A DNA stretch of 43,681 nucleotides from Minisyncoccota bacterium. Lineage in GTDB: Bacteria > Patescibacteriota > Minisyncoccia > Phycocordibacterales > JAACPR01. How positions within the stretch are numbered: the first letter of the stretch is position 1; each line of letters opens with the position of its first letter. The notes below the pieces were generated by a model that saw nothing but the letters and a program-made list of their open reading frames with translations, was not told the origin of the DNA and did not search any database. The stretch is from assembly GCA_018061745.1 (NCBI GenBank), contig JAGOTN010000002.1, positions 1-43,681 of the forward strand, read 5' to 3'. The position numbers and the translations under genes were made by a program. Of the stretch, positions 18,480-27,889 are shown in pieces.

Positions 18480-19184
18480 TTAATGTGCCAAAAAATCTTC
18501 CATATCTTTTATATTATCTTCGGGAACACCTTCAAAAATAAATGAACCAGAAACCAACCGACTCACACCAACATCAACTAGTTTTCCTGCAGTAGATAAA
18601 TCCACCCCACCATCAACAGAAATTATTTTCTCTGGATATTTATCATGAAAATCTTTTATATTATTTAAAACTTCAACAACAAATTCTTGATTTTGAAATC
18701 CAACTTTTTGTATTCCCATAAATTGAACGAAATCTATTTTATCTAAAATGTGTTCAATCTCTGTATAATTTTCATTTGGCAAAAGAGCAACACCAACTTC
18801 AATACCAAAATCTTTCAATTCAGAAATAAGACTTTGATACTCACCATCTGAAATAGTTTTCCAGTGCAAAATCATTCTACCAACACCGGCCTTAGACCAT
18901 TTAGGAGCTTCTGTAAAAGGATCAGACACCATTAAATCCAATTCATAATCAACGTCTTTCCAAAAAGGTAATCCTTCATCTTCATTTACAATATCTTTAA
19001 AATGTCCCCAACGAACTCCGTAAGGCCAGGAATATGAACCTGTATATTTTCCATCCATCACATCTACTTGCACCCAATCAACTTTATGACGCACTAAATT
19101 TACTTTAGATTTTAAATCCTCGAAATCATTTGGCATTATTGCCGGAATAATTTTAACTGTGGTATCCATCGTCAATTTTTTCAA
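18480..19184 (-). CDS. Ribulose-phosphate 3-epimerase-like TIM-barrel protein (divergent active-site ligands)
   Basis: VDVMDG, DLMV, FMGIQKVGFQNQ, SVDGGV and SGSFIF motifs colinear with Rpe. Confidence 0.65.
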   Translation of the reverse strand: MKKLTMDTTVKIIPAIMPNDFEDLKSKVNLVRHKVDWVQVDVMDGKYTGSYSWPYGVRWGHFKDIVNEDEGLPFWKDVDYELDLMVSDPFTEAPKWSKAGVGRMILHWKTISDGEYQSLISELKDFGIEVGVALLPNENYTEIEHILDKIDFVQFMGIQKVGFQNQEFVVEVLNNIKDFHDKYPEKIISVDGGVDLSTAGKLVDVGVSRLVSGSFIFEGVPEDNIKDMEDFLAH

Positions 19185-19659
19185 TTCGTCTTACATGTCT
19201 TTCTTCTCCAGAAAATTCTGTATCTAAAAATATTTCGACTGCTTCAATCGATTCTCTAATACTCAAAAACCTTGCGCCAAGTGAAATAATATTTGCGTCA
19301 TTATGTTGTCGAGCAGTCACAATCTCTTCTGGAACTTCTCTTCCATCTGCAGGTATATATTGACCGTTATAAACCATAGCTCGAACTCCTGGAAATCTAT
19401 TTGCCATAATTGCTTCTCCTTGTCCTGATCCTCCAATCACAATCCCCATCTCATTTGGATCGGCAGCAATAGCATTTGCAACAGGTGCTACAAAGTCTGG
19501 AAAATCGTCCTCCGCCTCATATTCGTATGCACCATGATCTACAACTTCATACCCCTCACTCTCCAACCACTCTTTAATAGCCTCTTTATGCTCAAAACCA
19601 GCGTGATCTGAACCTATATTAATTATTCTATTGTCTCTCATTGTGTCAGGATTTGTCAT
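19153..19659 (-). CDS. rpiB: Ribose-5-phosphate isomerase B (RpiB/LacAB family)
   Basis: IGSDHAGFEHKEAI and GGSGQGEAIMANR motifs. The track start at 19686 is TTG directly after a stop; ATG at 19659 is preferred. Confidence 0.85.
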   Translation of the reverse strand: MTNPDTMRDNRIINIGSDHAGFEHKEAIKEWLESEGYEVVDHGAYEYEAEDDFPDFVAPVANAIAADPNEMGIVIGGSGQGEAIMANRFPGVRAMVYNGQYIPADGREVPEEIVTARQHNDANIISLGARFLSIRESIEAVEIFLDTEFSGEERHVRRIEKIDDGYHS

Positions 19660-19708
19660 ATTTTTGGTAAAAAGATAATAACACAATTATATCAAAGATT
19701 ACTTGAAT

Positions 19709-19969
19709 CTATAGCTTTCCATCATTTTTCTTACTATAAACTTCGTACCTAATTTCTGCCACGTCATTTTTTAAATAACCGATATCTTTTTTTATATCGG
19801 AAATATCTTCCTTTACTTCATTGAATTCAGTCTTTGAAACACACTCAGAGAAACAATTTTGAATCATAATTGCAAACTCACCAAACTTTTCGTCTAGTTT
19901 TTCATTTAGCTTTTTATCCAAAAGCATATCAATATATCGTCTGTCACTTTTTGTTAGCATGTGGAACAT
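19709..19969 (-). CDS. Small coiled-coil protein, function unknown
   Basis: 86-aa ORF with coding-like composition, no recognisable motif. Confidence 0.45.
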   Translation of the reverse strand: MFHMLTKSDRRYIDMLLDKKLNEKLDEKFGEFAIMIQNCFSECVSKTEFNEVKEDISDIKKDIGYLKNDVAEIRYEVYSKKNDGKL

Positions 19970-20099
19970 AATACTTGATGTTTATTAGATATATTTAAAT
20001 TATATCTAAAAAATTTCTGAAAGGTCACTTTTTAAAAAACAAGACACAAAATAATCCCTTCATCCAGAAAGTTAAACAGAATATCTATATTTTATTAGA

Positions 20100-21119
20100 C
20101 TATTTTTGTCCCAATTTCACCACGTGTTCAATCAAAGAGTTTGTATACCCCATCTCATTGTCATACCAAGAAAGTACTTTCACTAAGTTTCCATCTACCA
20201 CGCGAGTAAAAGCTAAATCAGCAATTGCGGCGTGAGTGTTTCCTTTTATATCACTTGAAACAACATCTTCTTCTGTCACTGTAAAAATTCCTTTCCATCT
20301 TGGCATTTGTGCTGCACTTTTTAGAGCAGAATTAATTTCTTCTACACTCGTTGGTCTTTTTGAAATGAAAGTAATATCAGCGATTGATCCAACTACAACA
20401 GGAACTCGTAAAGAAATTCCATCAAATTTATTTGTAAGTTGAGGCAAAGCTTTTGCAACAGCAATCGCTGCACCAGTTGAAGAAGGAACAATATTTTGCG
20501 CAGCGGCTCTACCTTCTCTTAAATCTTTTTTACTCGGTCCATCCACAAGAGCTTGTGAAGCAGTGTATGCATGAGTTGTGCTCAAAACAGCTTTTTCAAT
20601 TCCAACCACATCGTCCAAAATTGAAATCAAAGGACTAGATGCATTTGTTGTACAAGACGCATTTGAAGTCACAACACAAGTATTTAATTTTTCATCATTG
20701 ATTCCCATCAAGATTGTTCCTTGAGTTTCATTTGCAGGATCATCTTTTGCAGGAGCAGAGATCACAACTTTTCTTGCACCAGCTTTTGTAACATGAACTT
20801 CAGCATCAGAATATTTTGTGAAAAAACCAGTTGACTCAACCACAACATCAATTCCTAAATCTCCCCAAGGCAACATAGCAGGATCTTTTTCTGCAAAAAC
20901 AGAAATTCGTCTACCATCTACAATTAAAGTTTTGTCTTCAGATTTTACATCGTATGGAAGCACGCCATATGCTGTATCGTATTTTAAAAGATAAGCTAAA
21001 TTTTCTACTGAACCCAAATCATTCACGGCCACTATCTCAATATCAGAACGATTTTTTGCTAAACGAAAAAATGCTCTTCCAATTCTACCAAAACCATTAA
21101 TTGCAACTTTTATTGCCAT
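20100..21119 (-). CDS. gap: Glyceraldehyde-3-phosphate dehydrogenase, type I
   Basis: INGFGRIGR and SNASCTTN motifs, 339 aa. Confidence 0.95.
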   Translation of the reverse strand: MAIKVAINGFGRIGRAFFRLAKNRSDIEIVAVNDLGSVENLAYLLKYDTAYGVLPYDVKSEDKTLIVDGRRISVFAEKDPAMLPWGDLGIDVVVESTGFFTKYSDAEVHVTKAGARKVVISAPAKDDPANETQGTILMGINDEKLNTCVVTSNASCTTNASSPLISILDDVVGIEKAVLSTTHAYTASQALVDGPSKKDLREGRAAAQNIVPSSTGAAIAVAKALPQLTNKFDGISLRVPVVVGSIADITFISKRPTSVEEINSALKSAAQMPRWKGIFTVTEEDVVSSDIKGNTHAAIADLAFTRVVDGNLVKVLSWYDNEMGYTNSLIEHVVKLGQK

Positions 21120-21200
21120 ATAAACTCTAAATTATTTTAATGATTTTATTATATCAAAAGATATGCTAGTTTAAGAATAAATTGAACCAACATTGAAAAT

Positions 21201-21551
21201 ATGATACATCCAAACATCGCAACAAACGTATCTGCTAAAGATATGAAGGATTTCACCAGATTCCTTACCGACATCGAAAGAGAGATCGATAGGAAAATTG
21301 CAGAGAATTGTCCAATTGAAACGGATGAGATAACAACGATTAGAATCCCGCTGGATTCTTTAACAAAAAGAGCTGGTTTTTTTGAAGAAAAATCGCAGTA
21401 TATCTGCGAAGAAATTAAGCGTAAATATTCTCCCCATTGGAAAATTTTTACAATGTGTTTTAACAACGGAAAACCTTCATTAAACTCAAAACTTCAAGAC
21501 AGCGAACCTTGTGACCTTATCCAAAAGTTCGTGATTGAAATCAAACCATAA
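21201..21551 (+). CDS. Hypothetical protein (116 aa)
   Basis: Preferred over antisense ORF 21149-21466 because of protein-like composition and the intrinsic terminator directly after its stop. Confidence 0.5.
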   Translation: MIHPNIATNVSAKDMKDFTRFLTDIEREIDRKIAENCPIETDEITTIRIPLDSLTKRAGFFEEKSQYICEEIKRKYSPHWKIFTMCFNNGKPSLNSKLQDSEPCDLIQKFVIEIKP

Positions 21552-21572
21552 CAGTCTTTGGACTGTTTTTTC
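21551..21572 (+). terminator. Rho-independent terminator
   Basis: ACAGTC 21551-21556, loop TTTG, GACTGT 21561-21566, then TTTTTT. Confidence 0.6.
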
Positions 21573-21576
21573 TTTA

Positions 21577-22998
21577 TTAAATCTTCTTCAAGAAAATCTC
21601 TCGTAGAATTTGTGGATTCGCAGAACCTTTTGAAAGCTTCATTCCTTGTCCGATTAAAAATTGAAGTGAAGCTTCTTTTCCAGATTTAAATTCTTCAAAC
21701 ACAGCAGTGTTTTCTGAAATAACTTGATCAACGATTGCCTCAATAGCGCCCATATCACTTTGTTGTTTCAAACCTTTTTCATCCGCAATTTTTTCTGGAT
21801 CACCCCCCTCTGCAACCATTATCGCAAGAATATCTTTTGCTCCACGAGATGAGATTTCATTTTTCAAAATCATATCAATTAATTTCTTGAAATTTTCTGT
21901 TTCTGGAAAACTCGTACCATCTTTAATTAGAGCCACTAAATCAGATGTTATGTAGTTTGCCGCGGTTTTAATAAAATCTTTTTCAGAATTTTTTCCTTCC
22001 ACAACTTTATCAAAAAACTTTGAAAACTCTTCATTCACCACAAAAATATCTGCAGCCATTTCAGCGATTCCAAAATCACTTATTAATCTCTCTTTTCTTT
22101 CCCAAGGCAACTCTGGCAACTCACTTCGCATTTTTTCCAAATCAAAAACTTCATGCAAATTCATTTTTGGTAAATCTGGTTCTGGAAAATATCGATAGTC
22201 ATCTGAGGATTCTTTTTTTCTTTGAGAAAATGTTCGCCCACCATTTTCATCCCAACCTCGAGTCTCTTGAACAATTTCATCGCCTCGTCCACTTTCCACC
22301 AGCTCAGTCATTCTCTCAATTTCATATTGAATCGCCTTTTCCACCACTCTAAATGAATTCAGGTTTTTCACTTCAACTTTCGTTCCAAATTTATCTGTAT
22401 CAGAAATAGAAATGTTTGCTTCAATTCGCATTTCACCTTTTTCCATATTTGCATCCCCTGCTCCCAAATATCGCAAAAGTATTTGAAATTGTTTTGCAAA
22501 ATCCACAGCTTCTTTTGCAGAATGAATAACTGGCTCTGTCACAAGCTCCATCAAAGGCACACCTGCACGATTGAAATCAACCAAAGAAAAATCTCCCCTG
22601 TCGTGTTTTGAAAGTCCTGTATCTTCTTCTAAATGAATTCTTGTAAGTTCAATTCCATTTAACTTTCCACCAGAAACAATCGGGTATGCATACTGACTAA
22701 TTTGATATCCTTTTGGAATGTCAGGATAAAAATAATTCTTTCGATCAAATTCTGTGAAGTTTGCAATTTCACCACCAAGAGAAAGTCCAACACGAATCAC
22801 ATGTTCAACAGCTTTTTTATTTATCGTCGGCAAAGTTCCAGGATGAGCTAAATCAATAGGATGAACATTCGCATTTGGACGCACTTCATCTGGATTGTTT
22901 TTTGCAGATGAAAACATCTTTGTTTCTGTCTTTAATTCTGCGTGAATTTCAAGACCAATTGTAGCTTTATACTTAGGCTTATTTATTTCCTCGTTCAT
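21577..22998 (-). CDS. gatB: Asp-tRNA(Asn)/Glu-tRNA(Gln) amidotransferase subunit B
   Basis: IGLEIHAEL and HLEEDTGLSKH motifs, C-terminal YqeY/GatB domain, 473 aa. Confidence 0.95.
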   Translation of the reverse strand: MNEEINKPKYKATIGLEIHAELKTETKMFSSAKNNPDEVRPNANVHPIDLAHPGTLPTINKKAVEHVIRVGLSLGGEIANFTEFDRKNYFYPDIPKGYQISQYAYPIVSGGKLNGIELTRIHLEEDTGLSKHDRGDFSLVDFNRAGVPLMELVTEPVIHSAKEAVDFAKQFQILLRYLGAGDANMEKGEMRIEANISISDTDKFGTKVEVKNLNSFRVVEKAIQYEIERMTELVESGRGDEIVQETRGWDENGGRTFSQRKKESSDDYRYFPEPDLPKMNLHEVFDLEKMRSELPELPWERKERLISDFGIAEMAADIFVVNEEFSKFFDKVVEGKNSEKDFIKTAANYITSDLVALIKDGTSFPETENFKKLIDMILKNEISSRGAKDILAIMVAEGGDPEKIADEKGLKQQSDMGAIEAIVDQVISENTAVFEEFKSGKEASLQFLIGQGMKLSKGSANPQILREIFLKKI

Positions 22999-23021
22999 TC
23001 GGGTATGTTATCACAACTTTT

Positions 23022-24230
23022 TTAAAACGACGAACTAACGTTGTAAATAGGAATCAAAACAGAAGCCAAAAGTGTACCCACACCAAGACCAAGTGCCACA
23101 ATCATCACAGGCTCAATCAAATCAACTAATGTATCTACAGAGTTTGTAACTTCACGTCGATAAAACTTCGCAAGTGTAGAAAGAATCGCACCAAGATTAC
23201 CTGTTTCCTCTCCAACTCTAACCATTTGAATTAAAATATTTGGAAACTCTTCGTATCTAGAAAAAGCTTCCGAAACAGAAGCGCCGGACTTTACATCTTC
23301 GGTAATACCTTCAATCGCTTTTAAATAAACTTCGTTATCAACAACAGATTTTGTAAGCTCAAGAGATTTCACCATCGGGATTCCAGACGCAAGCATTGTG
23401 TTTAAGTTGTCAGAAATTCTAGAAAGATAAAGCATTCTATACAGTTTTCCTATATAAGGAATATTTAATTTAAATCCATCAAAAGATTCTTTTCCTGCTT
23501 GAGTTTTCTTAAATCGAACTAGTGCAAATATTCCCACAACCACAGCAATCGCTAAAAATATTCCATAGTTTATAAAGAAATCAGAAATTGCAATAACAAT
23601 TTGTGTGTAAATTGGAATTTCTTGTCCTGAGTCAATCAAAATTTGAGTAATTTTAGGAATAACAAGTGTAAGCATCAAAATCATCACAACGAAAAAAGTA
23701 CTGATCACGAAGGCTGGGTAAATCAAAGCGTTTTTAGCTTTTTGTGTAAGTTCATAACTTCTATCAAGATAATCTGCTAAAAATAAAAGCACTTCATCAA
23801 GACGACCAGACTCTTCTCCCGCCTTCACCATCGAAATATAAAACGAACTAAAAACATCAGGATGTTTTTCCAACGCACCAGCAATAGAACTACCTCCCTG
23901 CAAATCATTTACGATGTCAGAAAGTTTTCTCGCAAGTTTTGGATTTTCAGTTTCCGATGCAAGAAGTTGGAAAATTCTAAGTGCTGAAATTTGTGCTTCA
24001 AAAAGAGTTGAAAGTTGTCTAGATAGAATAACAATATCTTTGTTAGTCACTCTTTCCAAAAACGTAAGATTTTTAGCAAAAAAACCTCCACCTCCTTCTG
24101 ATTCTGAAATATTAGAAATAATAAATCCTCTTCTTTGCAGTGAAGAAATTGCAATATCAACATTTATAGCCTCAATAGAGCCTTCTTTTTGATTTCCATC
24201 TTTATCAATTGCTGAATATTGAAATAACAT
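23022..24230 (-). CDS. pilC: Type IV pilus platform protein (GspF/PilC family)
   Basis: Two GspF repeats, three TM helices, 402 aa. Confidence 0.9.
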   Translation of the reverse strand: MLFQYSAIDKDGNQKEGSIEAINVDIAISSLQRRGFIISNISESEGGGGFFAKNLTFLERVTNKDIVILSRQLSTLFEAQISALRIFQLLASETENPKLARKLSDIVNDLQGGSSIAGALEKHPDVFSSFYISMVKAGEESGRLDEVLLFLADYLDRSYELTQKAKNALIYPAFVISTFFVVMILMLTLVIPKITQILIDSGQEIPIYTQIVIAISDFFINYGIFLAIAVVVGIFALVRFKKTQAGKESFDGFKLNIPYIGKLYRMLYLSRISDNLNTMLASGIPMVKSLELTKSVVDNEVYLKAIEGITEDVKSGASVSEAFSRYEEFPNILIQMVRVGEETGNLGAILSTLAKFYRREVTNSVDTLVDLIEPVMIVALGLGVGTLLASVLIPIYNVSSSF

Positions 24231-24236
24231 AATTTT

Positions 24237-25304
24237 TTATAATAATTTTTCTAGAATATTTGGTCTAAACGAATGCAAGTAAGCATTTTCAACAGTGATC
24301 TCTCCCCTTCGAACTAAATCTGCTAAACATCTATTCATATCAATCATACCGTGTTCCATACCAGTTTCAATCACAGTATCAATTTCGTGTGTACGATTTT
24401 CACGAATTAGATTTTGTACTGCATTTGTATTTATCAAAAGCTCATATGCAGGCACCATTCCACCAGAAATTCTTGGAATTAATCTTTGTGAAAAAATACC
24501 CATCAAAGAACTTGCCAACTGAACTCGAATTTGATCTTGTTGTTCCGCTGGAAATGAATCAATAATTCTATCAATTGTTTGAGAAGCATTGTTTGTGTGA
24601 AGTGTTGAGAAAACTAAGTGACCAGTTTCCGCAGCTGTAACGGCAGCAGAAATAGTTTCTTTATTTCTCATCTCTCCCACCAAAATCACATCAACATCTT
24701 GTCGAAGTGCACTTACCAAAGCAATATCGAAATCAGCAGTATCAATTCCCACTTCTCTTTGATCTATTATTGATTTCTTTTGTACATAAACATACTCAGT
24801 TGGGTTTTCAATTGTAACAATGTGTTCTGATCTTTCTTGGTTTATCAATTCAATCATTGAAGCAATCGTTGTTGTTTTTCCTTGTCCAACTGGACCTACC
24901 AATAAAAAGAATCCTTGTTTTTTTCGTGCAAAAGTTTCCAAAATTGGAGGCAAATTTAAATCTACTAAACTTTTAATAACTTGCGGAATTAGACGAAGCA
25001 CAACACCTACATGTCCCTGTTGAATAAAAGCATTTCCTCTAAATCTATTTCCATCATTGTGAGCATAAGAAAAATCTAGCTCTTGTTTTGCTTTAAAAAT
25101 ATCCATTTTTGCATCATCAACTAAAGTTGAAAGCAATCCTGAAGTATCTTCTTTTGTTAAAACTGGTTTTTGCAACATTGGAACAAGTTCTCCGGAAATT
25201 CTAATTGTTGGATTTCTTCCTTCAGAAAAATGAAGATCCGAACCGTTTTGTTTTACAACGGCGTCAATCAATTCATTCAACATTTGTTTGTATTCAGTGC
25301 TCAT
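24237..25304 (-). CDS. pilT: Type IV pilus retraction ATPase PilT
   Basis: GPVGQGKTTT Walker A, ILVGEMRNKETISAAVTAAETGHLVFSTLHTNNA. Confidence 0.9.
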   Translation of the reverse strand: MSTEYKQMLNELIDAVVKQNGSDLHFSEGRNPTIRISGELVPMLQKPVLTKEDTSGLLSTLVDDAKMDIFKAKQELDFSYAHNDGNRFRGNAFIQQGHVGVVLRLIPQVIKSLVDLNLPPILETFARKKQGFFLLVGPVGQGKTTTIASMIELINQERSEHIVTIENPTEYVYVQKKSIIDQREVGIDTADFDIALVSALRQDVDVILVGEMRNKETISAAVTAAETGHLVFSTLHTNNASQTIDRIIDSFPAEQQDQIRVQLASSLMGIFSQRLIPRISGGMVPAYELLINTNAVQNLIRENRTHEIDTVIETGMEHGMIDMNRCLADLVRRGEITVENAYLHSFRPNILEKLL

Positions 25305-25308
25305 ATTT

Positions 25309-25710
25309 TTATGATTTTTTTTCTTTATAAACTTTTTCGACTTCAGTTAAAACTTCTGATGGAGTAGACAACGCTTTCACAACATACCCATCAACATTAT
25401 ATTTCTTTGCAGTATCAAAATCTATTTGTTGACCTTGATTTGATAAGACCATGAATATTGCATTCTCTGCTAATTTATTTTCTCTTACAGCCTGAATAAA
25501 ACCCCACCCTCCAATACCAGACATAACTAAATCAAAAAGTACAATATCTGGATTGTCTCCAGATTTTAATCTTTCAACTGCCTCTTCTGGATTATTAACA
25601 GTTATTATTTCATATCCTGAATTCTTAAATTTTAAAGAATACATATCTAATAAAAAAGTATCATCATCTACAAGCATTATTATTTTTTTATTTTTTTCTG
25701 AATCAGTCAT
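25309..25710 (-). CDS. Stand-alone response-regulator receiver domain (CheY/PilH-like)
   Basis: LVDDD, VLFDLVMSG (phospho-Asp), VLSNQG and VVKAL (Lys) motifs, 133 aa. Confidence 0.85.
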   Translation of the reverse strand: MTDSEKNKKIIMLVDDDTFLLDMYSLKFKNSGYEIITVNNPEEAVERLKSGDNPDIVLFDLVMSGIGGWGFIQAVRENKLAENAIFMVLSNQGQQIDFDTAKKYNVDGYVVKALSTPSEVLTEVEKVYKEKKS

Positions 25711-25727
25711 ACGATGTTTATATTATA

Positions 25728-27443
25728 TCAAAGCTTGTTAATTTCTTCGAATGGTATTTCTTTATTTAGTGCTTTTATAATTGAATGCTCTTTCATTGTA
25801 ATCATACCCTGCTTTCGAACAGCTTTATAAATTTCCGTATCAACAGGATTTTTCAAAATAACCTCTTCGATTTCCCTATTCATCTCAAACATTTCAAATA
25901 CAGCCACACGGCCTCTTGTTCCGTTTGGGCATTCATCATTTGGTTTTAGTTTAAAATATTCTTTAAGTGGTGGAAGTGTAGCTTTTACTTCAGGAGATAA
26001 ATCTTCAAATTGTTTTTCTAACATAAGTTTAACTGAACCTTCGACTTGTGTAAGCTCTCCAGAACCAGGACAAATTTTTCTCACAAGTCTTTGAGCAACT
26101 CCTAAAATCAAAACAGGAGGGATTAGAAAAGGATCAATTCCCATATCAATCAATCGAGGCACAATACCGGTAGCATTGTTCGTGTGAATTGTTGAAAATA
26201 CCAAGTGACCAGTAAGCGCAGCTTGAATTGCAAGACGAGCTGTCTCTGCATCTCGAATCTCTCCCACTAAAATTACATCAGGATCTTGTCGGAGAGTTGT
26301 ACGCAATCCAGTCGCAAAAGTATACCCAATTTCAGCATGAACCTGAGACTGACTTACACCTTCAATAGAATATTCCACAGGATCTTCTAATGACAAAACG
26401 TTTAGACCCTCTTTATCTAATGCATTCAAAATTGAATACAGTGTAGTTGTTTTTCCGGAACCAGTTGGACCAGAAATTAAAACTAGACCGTAAGGTTTTT
26501 CAATTGCATCCTTAATCATTTTCAAATATTCCGGAGAAAATCCAAGTTCTTCAAGTGGTTTAACTCCTTTATCTTGATCAAGAATTCTCATCACAACTTT
26601 CTCTCCGTAGTAAGAAGGAAAAGTAGACACACGAAAATCTATCTTTCTATTTTGAACACGCGCAGAAAAACGGCCATCTTGTGGCAATCTTTTTTCATCA
26701 AGTTTCATTTTTGACAAAATTTTAATACGAGCAACAACAGCGTCATGTACTTTTGAAGGCAAAATAATACTTGTTGTTAGCTCACCATCGACTCGGAATC
26801 GTACACGAACTTTGTCTCTCAAGACTTCAATGTGCACATCACTGGCATTTCCCTCAACTGCATATTTAATAATTGTTGCAACGATTTTTTTAACAGGAGC
26901 ATCTTCAATAATTTTTGTTTCGTCTAAACCCTTTTGAACTTCTTTTTCTAAAATAGATTCATCGCTATCTCCCAATTCATCTTCCTCCAACTCTGAAAGA
27001 GCTTTTGTAACCTGACCGGACAAACCCTTGTAAACATTCAAGACTTTATCAAAATCTTTTTTTGAAATAATAAAAATTTTAAAAGGAATGTCTTCTCTTG
27101 ATGAAATAAAATTCAAAGCATCACGCGCTTCAATGTTATCAGGATTTACAACTCCAACTTCCAAGAAACCACCATTTACAGCAAGTGGAACGAATTGATA
27201 ATGTGTAGCTGATTCTTCAGGGATGTATTTTAAAATATCAAAAGGAACTTCTGTGTCTCCTAAATTGCGAACAGGAACATTAAAATATTCACTTTTCGCT
27301 TCCATTAAAGACGAAACATCTAGTCCCCTTTCTTCCAAAACATCATCCAAGTTTTTATCAGATGAACGAATTTGTTCTTTGATTTCTGCTATGTTTTTTT
27401 TATCAAGCAATTTTTTTTCTACTAAATATTCTAATATGCTCAT
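25728..27443 (-). CDS. pilB: Type IV pilus assembly ATPase PilB (GspE family)
   Basis: N-terminal GSPII_E_N-like domain, GPTGSGKTTT, ILVGEIRDAETARLAIQAALTGHLVFSTIHTNNA. Confidence 0.9.
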   Translation of the reverse strand: MSILEYLVEKKLLDKKNIAEIKEQIRSSDKNLDDVLEERGLDVSSLMEAKSEYFNVPVRNLGDTEVPFDILKYIPEESATHYQFVPLAVNGGFLEVGVVNPDNIEARDALNFISSREDIPFKIFIISKKDFDKVLNVYKGLSGQVTKALSELEEDELGDSDESILEKEVQKGLDETKIIEDAPVKKIVATIIKYAVEGNASDVHIEVLRDKVRVRFRVDGELTTSIILPSKVHDAVVARIKILSKMKLDEKRLPQDGRFSARVQNRKIDFRVSTFPSYYGEKVVMRILDQDKGVKPLEELGFSPEYLKMIKDAIEKPYGLVLISGPTGSGKTTTLYSILNALDKEGLNVLSLEDPVEYSIEGVSQSQVHAEIGYTFATGLRTTLRQDPDVILVGEIRDAETARLAIQAALTGHLVFSTIHTNNATGIVPRLIDMGIDPFLIPPVLILGVAQRLVRKICPGSGELTQVEGSVKLMLEKQFEDLSPEVKATLPPLKEYFKLKPNDECPNGTRGRVAVFEMFEMNREIEEVILKNPVDTEIYKAVRKQGMITMKEHSIIKALNKEIPFEEINKL

Positions 27444-27450
27444 AGTTTTT

Positions 27451-27885
27451 TTAAATTAAAGTCTGTGTTGTTGCTGTAGCTGGTTTAGTATTAGTTGTAT
27501 TAATGAAAGTATTTACTTTTGGAGTTGTTGATTTAGTAGTAGTGGCTTTAGTGGTTGTACTTTTATTTAAAATACTTCCAGATCCTATTGGTGCAAAAGG
27601 ATTACTTTTTCCAACTGGTTCAGCAGGGATTGGTACACTTCTATCAACTAGACTTTGAAAAACGGGATCTGTGAAAATTCCTTTATCCAATTTTAAAGTT
27701 TCAATTTTATTTAAAGCAGAAATTATTTCATCACCCACAATTTTTGTTTGAACATCTGTGTTTGAAGATGAAACTAGTAAATCCTCACTCTGCGGATCTT
27801 TTTTGAAAAAAATTGTATACAAAATGAAAGATACTATTAGAACAAGCAGGATTATTATTATTTTTTTGTATTTTAGAAAAAACAT
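27451..27885 (-). CDS. Membrane-anchored protein with a Thr-rich C-terminal tail, in the PilP position of the operon
   Basis: N-terminal TM helix, tail STTTKATTTKSTTPKVNTFINTTNTKPATATTQT. Confidence 0.5.
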   Translation of the reverse strand: MFFLKYKKIIIILLVLIVSFILYTIFFKKDPQSEDLLVSSSNTDVQTKIVGDEIISALNKIETLKLDKGIFTDPVFQSLVDRSVPIPAEPVGKSNPFAPIGSGSILNKSTTTKATTTKSTTPKVNTFINTTNTKPATATTQTLI

Positions 27886-27889
27886 ATTT

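Noticed and set aside
19988-20007. Inverted repeat AGATATA-N6-TATATCT between gap and the 86-aa ORF as an operator or terminator
   Set aside because: It is purely A/T, only 7 bp, and has no following U-run on the transcribed strand. It is indistinguishable from chance in this composition.
21149-21466. 105-aa minus-strand ORF
   Set aside because: It overlaps the 116-aa plus-strand ORF, which has more protein-like composition and its own terminator. The minus ORF is hydrophobic and low-complexity.
21577-22998. gatB without gatA or gatC as a sign of pathway loss
   Set aside because: Dispersed gat genes are common and the partners may lie outside the window. It is noted only in the context of the pilus operon.
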